This document shows positions 45,154-52,486 of a stretch of DNA of 64,000 bases, piece by piece. The stretch spans positions 128,696 to 192,695 of the forward strand of contig CAWBPL010000002.1 in the NCBI GenBank assembly GCA_963790805.1. The letters run 5' to 3'. Position 1 is the first letter of the stretch, and each line of letters opens with the position of its first letter. This DNA comes from Candidatus Gottesmanbacteria bacterium. GTDB taxonomy: Bacteria > Patescibacteriota > Microgenomatia > UBA10105 > UBA927. The translations under genes and the position numbers were made by a program. Under the pieces are notes generated by a model. It was given only the letters and a program-made list of their open reading frames with translations, was not told the DNA's origin and searched no databases.

Positions 45154-47346
45154 CTATTGAGAACTCGCTTGTTGTTCCTGTTGTTGCGCTAAATATTCAT
45201 CCGGATTTTTTACCAACACATCGCGCGGCTTGGAACCTTCAGCCGGTCCGATAATGCCTGCTTCTTCAAGCTGATCCAATATTCGTGCAGCCCTTGCGTA
45301 TCCTACAGATAATCGTCGCTGAAGAAGGGACGCAGACGCTTTGTCGTGCTGGCAAATAAGCCGCAGCGCATCTTCAAACATAGCATCCCTGCCATCAGCA
45401 GTGCCACCACCCCCACCGCCTTTTCTCATACTCGTCACCGGTTGGTTTGTCACTTCTTCCGTATAAGCGACGGGTGTATTTTTGCTCCGTAAGAATTCTA
45501 CCAACTTTTCTACCTCGCGTTCTGAAACATATGTGCCCTGAATGCGGCTGGGCTTTGCCTGATCTGCCGGAATATACAACATATCCCCGCGCCCCAACAA
45601 CTTTTCCGCTCCCGGCATGTCCAAAATGACGCGCGAATCAATCATGGAGGAAACGTTAAACGCTATGCGGGTCGGAACGTTTGCTTTAATAAGACCGGTT
45701 ATAACGTCTACGCTTGGCCGTTGTGTTGCGAGTACCAAATGGATGCCCGTCGCACGGGCCATCTGTGCGATCCGGCAAATCGTATCCTCAACTTCGACCG
45801 GCGCATACGCCATAAGATCCGCAAGCTCATCGATAAGGATAACAATATAGGGCATTGCCTGAAACCCCGATAATTCATTGAACCCGTCAATGTTCCGAAC
45901 TCCTACTTCCGCGAATTGTTTATACCGGCGCTCCATTTCGCTTGTCGCCCACCGCAGAGCGGATAATATTTTATCCGGCTCAACGATAACCGGCGTCAAC
46001 AAATGCGGTATGCCGTTATACCCTGTTAGTTCGACGCGTTTGGGATCCACAAGAATAAGTCTCACCTCTGAAGGATTGGTTCTGTACAAAAGTGATGCGA
46101 TCCAAGAATTAATAAGTACGGATTTTCCGGATCCGGTCGTACCTGCAATAAGCGAATGCGGCATTTTCCCGATGTCGGCAATAACCGGATTTCCCGACAC
46201 ATCAAGTCCGAGTGCCACGGCAAGTTTGCTTTTGGCTTTGCGCATTACGTCAGATTGAATCATGCGCTTCAGCGTAACAAACTCCAATCCGCGATTCGGA
46301 ATTTCTATGCCGACCAAATTTCTTCCCGGAATCGGCGCTTCGATACGGACCTGTCCTGTTGGAGCCGCAAGAGCCAGCGCCAAGTCGCTTGAAAGAGAAG
46401 TGATTTTGGATACTTTGGTTCCAAGCGCAATTTCGATGGCATATTGCGTCACCGCCGGTCCGGAATTAACTTCTGCAACTTTTGCCGTAATTCCAAAGCT
46501 CTCGAGCGTCTTTTCTATGACAGCCGCGTTATGCCGGACGTCGCCCCGATCTGCTTTCTGTCCGGGTCCGTCAGATAAAAGCGACACGGGAGGCGCTTCC
46601 CACATGGCCATATCAGGCGGAGTCGCAAGAGTCATGTCTTTAATTTTCACTTCGGATTTATTTTCCGTTCCCCCCGCATGCGGACCTTTCGAAGGAACCG
46701 GCGGCGCTACAACAGGTGCTTTGATAAGCGCGGGTTTATCATCCATCATTCCTTTAATTTTTAACTGCGTTTTTTCTTCTCCAAACCCTGCTCCGTCTTT
46801 TTTTGCAAACAGGGAACCTATGCCATTGCCGATCATCTGTCCGACCGTTTGGCCGCCCATAATAATAAAGTTAATGACTGCATCAAGTGATGAATTAAAC
46901 AAAAGAATAAGTCCGATGATAAAAAGTGCCAGATACGTCAAAAGCGCACCCTCGGTAGACAGGCGAACAACAATAGCATTCCAAATCGCCTCTCCTGCTA
47001 TACCCGACTGGGTTAAGCCCATAAGTGATAGAAGAATGACGCCAATCCCCATCGGAACATTGGGTTTTCCGATATCCGATTTGATCTTGAAAAAAAGAAG
47101 GCTCAGGGTTACCAAAAATGGCGGCAAACCATACATGATCCAACCGACATGCAGCATGAGCGCCTCACGAAGACTCGTAAGAAGCGTGCCTTCTCCAAAA
47201 AACGATATGGTTATAATCGCCGCAAATAACCACAGCCAGATAGCAGCAACTGTATAGACCGTCTGCTGTTTGAGCTTTAATTGAAACGGGCTGCGTTTAT
47301 GGTATTTTCGTTTTCCACTAAATAACCTGTGCCTTCGTCTGGCCAT
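45154..47346 (-). CDS. ftsK: DNA translocase FtsK/SpoIIIE
   Basis: It has 4-5 N-terminal TM segments, Walker A (GTTGSGKSV), LILVDPKRVEL, ATQRPSVDVITG and a C-terminal gamma (winged-helix) domain. Confidence 0.95.
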   Translation of the reverse strand: MARRRHRLFSGKRKYHKRSPFQLKLKQQTVYTVAAIWLWLFAAIITISFFGEGTLLTSLREALMLHVGWIMYGLPPFLVTLSLLFFKIKSDIGKPNVPMGIGVILLSLMGLTQSGIAGEAIWNAIVVRLSTEGALLTYLALFIIGLILLFNSSLDAVINFIIMGGQTVGQMIGNGIGSLFAKKDGAGFGEEKTQLKIKGMMDDKPALIKAPVVAPPVPSKGPHAGGTENKSEVKIKDMTLATPPDMAMWEAPPVSLLSDGPGQKADRGDVRHNAAVIEKTLESFGITAKVAEVNSGPAVTQYAIEIALGTKVSKITSLSSDLALALAAPTGQVRIEAPIPGRNLVGIEIPNRGLEFVTLKRMIQSDVMRKAKSKLAVALGLDVSGNPVIADIGKMPHSLIAGTTGSGKSVLINSWIASLLYRTNPSEVRLILVDPKRVELTGYNGIPHLLTPVIVEPDKILSALRWATSEMERRYKQFAEVGVRNIDGFNELSGFQAMPYIVILIDELADLMAYAPVEVEDTICRIAQMARATGIHLVLATQRPSVDVITGLIKANVPTRIAFNVSSMIDSRVILDMPGAEKLLGRGDMLYIPADQAKPSRIQGTYVSEREVEKLVEFLRSKNTPVAYTEEVTNQPVTSMRKGGGGGGTADGRDAMFEDALRLICQHDKASASLLQRRLSVGYARAARILDQLEEAGIIGPAEGSKPRDVLVKNPDEYLAQQQEQQASSQ

Positions 47347-47389
47347 GCACCTAGTATAGGGCTAAAATTCGACGGGAGCAACCCGTTTT

Positions 47390-47398
47390 TGGTATAAT
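47390..47398 (+). promoter_or_regulatory. Extended -10 element TGGTATAAT; putative start of a ~200-nt typA leader
   Basis: TG is at 47390..47391 and TATAAT at 47393..47398. Confidence 0.4.
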
Positions 47399-47472
47399 GA
47401 CCTTACATTCCCCCTCCGGACGCTATTCACGCCAAGGCTGATGGGGGTTCTTTGTTTTAATACACATTATAA

Positions 47473-47586
47473 GGACGCGAGGAGGTGTGCTTTTTGCAGT
47501 ACCGTCACGCAGGGTATGGAAGCAATGAGTGACAGGAATGATGTTGCTTGACGGCACGCACAAAAAGTATACCGACTACAGCGTCC
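47473..47586 (+). promoter_or_regulatory. Structured element in the typA 5' leader (three nested helices)
   Basis: GGACGC 47473..47478 pairs with GCGTCC 47581..47586. GTGTGC 47485..47490 pairs with GCACGC 47555..47560 (one G-U). CCGTCA 47502..47507 pairs with TGACGG 47549..47554. Confidence 0.3.
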
Positions 47587-47601
47587 TCTCAATTAACTAC
47601 T

Positions 47602-49425
47602 ATGGACATACGAAATATCGCAATTATCGCCCATGTTGATCATGGCAAAACTACGCTCGTTGACGGGATGCTCAAGCAGACCCATACGTTTCGGGAAAAT
47701 GAGGCGGAAATGACCCAGACGACCATCCTTGATAGTAACGATCTGGAGCGCGAAAAAGGCATTACGATCCTTGCTAAAAATACCGCCGTCATGTACAAAA
47801 ATACGAAAATTAATATTATAGACACTCCCGGACACGCTGATTTCAGCGGCGAAGTGGAGCGCACGATCAATATGGCCGACGGAGCACTTCTTATCGTTGA
47901 CGCCGCAGAAGGTCCTCTTCCTCAAACCCAATTTGTCCTCGAAAAAGCACTGGAGCGGAATTTAAAAATTATCGTCGTTATCAATAAAATAGACAGAAAA
48001 GATGCGCGCCCGCAGGAAGTACTTCGGGAAACCGAAGAATTGTTTTTACACCTTGCACAACACGAAGATCATCTGTCATTTCCGGTTCTCTACGCGATAG
48101 GACGGGAAGGCAAAGCGTGGAACAAATTTCCGAGCGATATGAACGCCGATGGCGATCTTTCGCCATTATTTGAAGCGCTTCTTACCTATATGCCTCCGCC
48201 GAAAATTGATGAAACCAAACCGTTTAAAATGCTTGTTTCAACGCTCGACTTCGATTCCTATAAAGGAACCTATGCTATCGGAAAAATTTCCGAGGGATCG
48301 GTCAAACCGGGCCAATCCATCGTCCAGTTGCTGGAAAATACAAAACTGGGCAACGCAAAAATCGAAAAAGTATATACAAGCGTCGGGCTCAAGCGCGTCG
48401 GAGTCGTCGCCGGTACAACCGGTGACATTGTCGCGTTAACCGGGCTCACCAATGTAACCATCGGCCAAACGCTTGCGGACCCAAGCGTTACCGAAGGATT
48501 CCCTGCGATTAAAGTAGAAGATCCGACACTCAAAATTCTTCTTTCCGCAAACACGTCGCCTTTAGCCGGCCGCGACGGAAAATTTTGTACAGCACGCCAG
48601 ATTCATGAACGACTGGTAAAAGAGCAAAAAACCAACATCGGATTGAAAATTGAATCAAACTCCGGTGGAAGCGGATTTGTGGTTTCCGGACGGGGCGAAC
48701 TCCACTTGGCGATACTCATTGAAACGCTTCGACGCGAAGGGTACGAAATGCAGGTCGGAAAACCGGAGGTAATCCTCAAAGAAGTAAACGGAAAAATGTG
48801 TGAACCATTTGAGGAAATGACTATTGAAATTGACAACGCATACGTCGGCACGATTTCCGAAGAGATGGGCAAACGGCGCGCGCAGCTTCTGGACACCCAT
48901 ACCAACGAACGGGGCATGACAAAATCCGTGTATAAAATTTCAAGCCGCAATCTTTTGGGTTTCCGAAGTGATATTTTAACGAAAACACGCGGCAACGGAA
49001 TATTTGCGACGCGGTTTATCGGATACCTCCCCTTAACTTCACACATTCCGAAGCTTCGAAACGGCGTCTTGGTTTCTATGGAAACCGGCAAATCATCGGC
49101 ATACGCACTTACCACAGTGCAGGAACGCGGCAAGGCGTTTATCGGCCCTAGCGTTGATGTGTATGAAGGCATGATCATCGGTCTTAACACGCGCCAAAGC
49201 GATATCGATATCAATGTCTGTAAAACGAAAAAACTGACGAATATTCATTCGGCGAATGCCGATATCGCGATTCAACTCGATCCCCCGACCGTCATGTCAC
49301 TGGAACAGTGTTTGGATTTCGTTGAGGAAGACGAACTGCTTGAGGTCACTCCGCACAACTTGCGTCTTAGAAAAAAATATCTTTCCCAGATCGACCGCGT
49401 CCGCGCCAAACGGGCGGAAAATTAA
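47602..49425 (+). CDS. typA: Translational GTPase TypA/BipA
   Basis: The N-terminus is MDIRNIAIIAHVDHGKTTLVD, followed by DTPGHADFSGEVER and NKIDR. The track start at 47548 is a TTG extension. Confidence 0.95.
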   Translation: MDIRNIAIIAHVDHGKTTLVDGMLKQTHTFRENEAEMTQTTILDSNDLEREKGITILAKNTAVMYKNTKINIIDTPGHADFSGEVERTINMADGALLIVDAAEGPLPQTQFVLEKALERNLKIIVVINKIDRKDARPQEVLRETEELFLHLAQHEDHLSFPVLYAIGREGKAWNKFPSDMNADGDLSPLFEALLTYMPPPKIDETKPFKMLVSTLDFDSYKGTYAIGKISEGSVKPGQSIVQLLENTKLGNAKIEKVYTSVGLKRVGVVAGTTGDIVALTGLTNVTIGQTLADPSVTEGFPAIKVEDPTLKILLSANTSPLAGRDGKFCTARQIHERLVKEQKTNIGLKIESNSGGSGFVVSGRGELHLAILIETLRREGYEMQVGKPEVILKEVNGKMCEPFEEMTIEIDNAYVGTISEEMGKRRAQLLDTHTNERGMTKSVYKISSRNLLGFRSDILTKTRGNGIFATRFIGYLPLTSHIPKLRNGVLVSMETGKSSAYALTTVQERGKAFIGPSVDVYEGMIIGLNTRQSDIDINVCKTKKLTNIHSANADIAIQLDPPTVMSLEQCLDFVEEDELLEVTPHNLRLRKKYLSQIDRVRAKRAEN

Positions 49426-51188
49426 ACCTCCACAATAACCGGTACAATAAGCGGCGAGCGGCCGGTTTCCTTAAGCAGGAATCGACCAAGGTTTTCCTCG
49501 ACGTTTTTCCTAACAAAATGCCAGTCGATCATCCGGCCTTTTTTAAGCCGCAGAGAATTGTTAACCACGCCTTTGGCTTTATCAAGAAGTGCCCCTGACC
49601 CGCGGATGTAGACAAACCCGCGCGAGATGATGTCGGGTTCAGCGACAACTCGACCGGTCTGGCGCTCCATCGGGACGACGACAACGACGATGCCATCTGT
49701 TGCGATCGTTTGCCGGTCACGAAGTACGACGTCGCCGACATCGCCAACGCCCAGTCCGTCAATCATCACGTTTTCAAGATTCAGGGTTTCAACGACTCTC
49801 GGCGGAACTCCGGGCTTAAACTCCAAAACTTCCCCCTCGGCTGGAATAAGGATTTCTTTTTTATCGTACCCAAGCTCCATCGCAAGCCGCCGGTATTGCA
49901 TAATGTGCCGGTACGTGCCGCCGATCGGAAAAATATATTTAGGACCTACGGCGGAAAGCATGAGCATGAGATCTCCCTGACTGCCGTGCCCTGATACGTG
50001 AAGATCTTCCATAATGTCAGAATACGCGACGCGCGCACCCTTCCGATACAATTGCTCGATAAGTGCGTTGATGCTGTTTTCGCTCCCCGGAATCGGATCT
50101 GCGGAAAACACCACTGTATCCCCCTCATCAATAGTTACGAACTTATGATCATCATTGGCGGCGCGGGATAATGCCGATCCCTCCTGACCTTGAGCGCCCG
50201 CCATGATCAGACACTGTTTGGTAGGCGGCACGCGCCGGAGGTCGCGATCACGGATAACGACATCCTGCGGAAACCGCATATATCCAAGCTTTAGCGCTTC
50301 TTCGGTATTCTGATCCATGCTTCGGCCGAAAAATGCAATTTTTCTGCCATGCCGAAGAGCGATTTCTATGGCGAGTTGGATGCGTGAGATGTTACTCGAT
50401 TGCGTGGTAAAAATGAATTTTCCGCTGCAAAGGGATATTTCTTTCTCGAGCGTTTCGCCGACAATTTGTTCCGACGGCGTAAATCCCGGTCGTTCGCTTC
50501 CTAACGAATCCGTTAACATACAAAGCACTCCCCGTTTCCCGACCGCGTTTATTTTTTCTATTTCCGATTTTTTGCCATCCAGCGGGTCGAAATCAAATTT
50601 AAAATCGCTTCCGTGATAAAAAATGCCGATCGGCGTTTCGATAATGAGGTTTGCCGCATCCGGCACTGAATGGGTCATCCGGACAAACGAAACGGTGAAC
50701 GGACCGATTTTAAGCGTCTGGGAAAAATCGACCGGCGTCACCCTCGTTTTTATACCCCTCTCGGTAAGTTTAATGTTGGTAAATGCCGCAGTCAGCGTCG
50801 TCCCCCACATCGGAAATTTTCCGAACTTTCCGTACAAATGGGAAATCCCGCCGATATGATCATCGTGGCCGTGCGTAAACACCAGTCCGCGGATTTTGTC
50901 TTTTTTATCCTCAAGATACCGCACGTCAGGAAGCACCAGATCAACGCCGAACATCTCGGCATCCGGAAATCCTATGCCGCAATCAACGATAAGAATGTCG
51001 CGGAGATTTCCGTCATAGCGGTACTCATAGACGAACATGTTTTTCGTCACGTTGCCGGTGCCGCCAAGCGGGATGAGCCGGATTGATTCTTTCCCTGACT
51101 GCGCAGGCGGGCCGCTTTGGGATGAACCGGTATACACCTGTTGCTGGTGCTGCTGTTTTATTTTTTTTAAAAATGGATTAAATCTCAT
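49422..51188 (-). CDS. rnj: Ribonuclease J (metallo-beta-lactamase/beta-CASP)
   Basis: Contains FTHGHDDHIGG, beta-CASP motifs and VSGHGSQGD. Confidence 0.92.
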   Translation of the reverse strand: MRFNPFLKKIKQQHQQQVYTGSSQSGPPAQSGKESIRLIPLGGTGNVTKNMFVYEYRYDGNLRDILIVDCGIGFPDAEMFGVDLVLPDVRYLEDKKDKIRGLVFTHGHDDHIGGISHLYGKFGKFPMWGTTLTAAFTNIKLTERGIKTRVTPVDFSQTLKIGPFTVSFVRMTHSVPDAANLIIETPIGIFYHGSDFKFDFDPLDGKKSEIEKINAVGKRGVLCMLTDSLGSERPGFTPSEQIVGETLEKEISLCSGKFIFTTQSSNISRIQLAIEIALRHGRKIAFFGRSMDQNTEEALKLGYMRFPQDVVIRDRDLRRVPPTKQCLIMAGAQGQEGSALSRAANDDHKFVTIDEGDTVVFSADPIPGSENSINALIEQLYRKGARVAYSDIMEDLHVSGHGSQGDLMLMLSAVGPKYIFPIGGTYRHIMQYRRLAMELGYDKKEILIPAEGEVLEFKPGVPPRVVETLNLENVMIDGLGVGDVGDVVLRDRQTIATDGIVVVVVPMERQTGRVVAEPDIISRGFVYIRGSGALLDKAKGVVNNSLRLKKGRMIDWHFVRKNVEENLGRFLLKETGRSPLIVPVIVEV

Positions 51189-51200
51189 CAGAAATTATGA

Positions 51201-52307
51201 TTAATAGCTCTCTACGAATTCTTTGATATTTCCTTCATTCACTGTTACTTTGGTAGTTTTTCCTTCTACAATCATTCGCGCAACTTTCCTGCAGACACTA
51301 TTGATCGTGCGCTCCAAACTCCGGATACCCGAATCGAATCCCAACGGTCTCACCAGTTTGGGCCAAATTGCATCATCAATAACAAGATTATCGGAAGTCA
51401 ATCCGGATTCCCTCATAAGCGCAGGCAAAACATAGTTTCGCGCAATCGTCGTTTTTTCCTGATCAGTGTAGGAGGGCATCTGAATCGGCTCCAACCGGTC
51501 AAGAACTGCGGTAGCAATATGCGTCGTATTATTTGCCGTTGCGATAAACAATACTTCCGATAAATCAAACGGGTAATCGATGTAATGATCGGTAAACGCC
51601 GCATTTTGCTCAGGGTCCAAAAGTTCGACAAGAACACCCATAATATCGCCCCGCGCTTCTTCCGCGACGCGGTCTATTTCATCAAGAAGTATGACGGGAT
51701 TTTTTACGCCCGCAAACCGCAAACCCTTAAGGACCAGTCCGATTTCGGCATCCGGCCGTACGCGGGATTGCCCGCGAAGTTCCAGCGCATCGCTCATGCC
51801 TCCAAACGGAATGCGGACAAACCGCCGTCCCATGGATTGAGCGATTGATTTGGCAAGCGTCGTTTTACCGGTTCCGACCAGTCCAACAAGACACAAAATC
51901 GGCGCGCGCCGAGCAAGCATTGCGTGGGAAAGTTTCGCATCTTTGCTGACATCGCTGATATCTGCCGATGCCGATTCTTTCTCCCACCGGTCGCGATTAA
52001 GCTTCAATACTGCCAGATATTCCAGAATGCGTTCCTTCACGGGTTCCAGTCCGAAATGATTTTTTTCCAAAATTTCATGCGCTTTTGCCAGATCCAAAAC
52101 ATCCTTCGTCCGCTGGTTCCATGGAAGATTGACAACCCAGTCAATATACCGGAGCATCTGCTCAATGTGCACGCGTGCCGCAATATCGTTTTCCAGACGC
52201 GTGATTTCCTCCAAATCGCTTAAGACTCTCGATTCCAGATCAGGGGGAATACCCGCTTCTGTAATTTTTTTGCGAAGCGCACTTATATCGTCGGACAGTT
52301 TAGACAT
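51201..52307 (-). CDS. Lon-derived stand-alone AAA+ ATPase (no LON N-domain, no S16 protease domain)
   Basis: It aligns by eye to E. coli Lon from roughly residue 250 to 590: YIDWVVNLPWNQRT, HFGLEPVKERILEYLAV, ILCLVGLVGTGKTT, ILLDEIDRV, LLDPEQNAAFTDHY and DRLEPIQMPSYT. It stops where the protease domain would begin. Confidence 0.8.
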   Translation of the reverse strand: MSKLSDDISALRKKITEAGIPPDLESRVLSDLEEITRLENDIAARVHIEQMLRYIDWVVNLPWNQRTKDVLDLAKAHEILEKNHFGLEPVKERILEYLAVLKLNRDRWEKESASADISDVSKDAKLSHAMLARRAPILCLVGLVGTGKTTLAKSIAQSMGRRFVRIPFGGMSDALELRGQSRVRPDAEIGLVLKGLRFAGVKNPVILLDEIDRVAEEARGDIMGVLVELLDPEQNAAFTDHYIDYPFDLSEVLFIATANNTTHIATAVLDRLEPIQMPSYTDQEKTTIARNYVLPALMRESGLTSDNLVIDDAIWPKLVRPLGFDSGIRSLERTINSVCRKVARMIVEGKTTKVTVNEGNIKEFVESY

Positions 52308-52388
52308 ACATTACCATAATACTCTAACTTATATGTTGATGAAAATACCGGCATCTTTTTCCGCGCGGCGAGGAACAAAATTATTGAG

Positions 52389-52407
52389 AGCTCGGGCTTC
52401 CCGAGCT
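52389..52407 (-). terminator. GC-rich hairpin between pnp and the Lon-like gene (AGCTCGGG/CCCGAGCT)
   Basis: An 8-bp perfect stem. There is no clean U-tract, so it may be a processing or stability hairpin rather than a terminator. Confidence 0.35.
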
Positions 52408-52486
52408 TAAAATAATAAAGATGAATAGAAAATCGACTGTTGCGAGCAGCGGAGCAAAATAATTTTGTTACGAGCTGTAGCGCAAT

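Noticed and set aside
46262-47257. 331-aa + strand ORF, the longest unexplained ORF in the track.
   Set aside because: It lies entirely antisense to the strongly conserved ftsK motor and membrane domains. Its composition is low-complexity (Ser/Pro/Ala/Ile) with no motif, which is typical of a shadow ORF.
47372-47390. The ACGGG-agcaa-CCCGT hairpin followed by TTTT on the + strand, considered as a terminator.
   Set aside because: No + strand gene lies upstream to terminate. It sits in the ftsK/typA divergent promoter region and overlaps the putative typA -35/-10 elements, so it is more likely part of the ftsK 5' region or coincidental.
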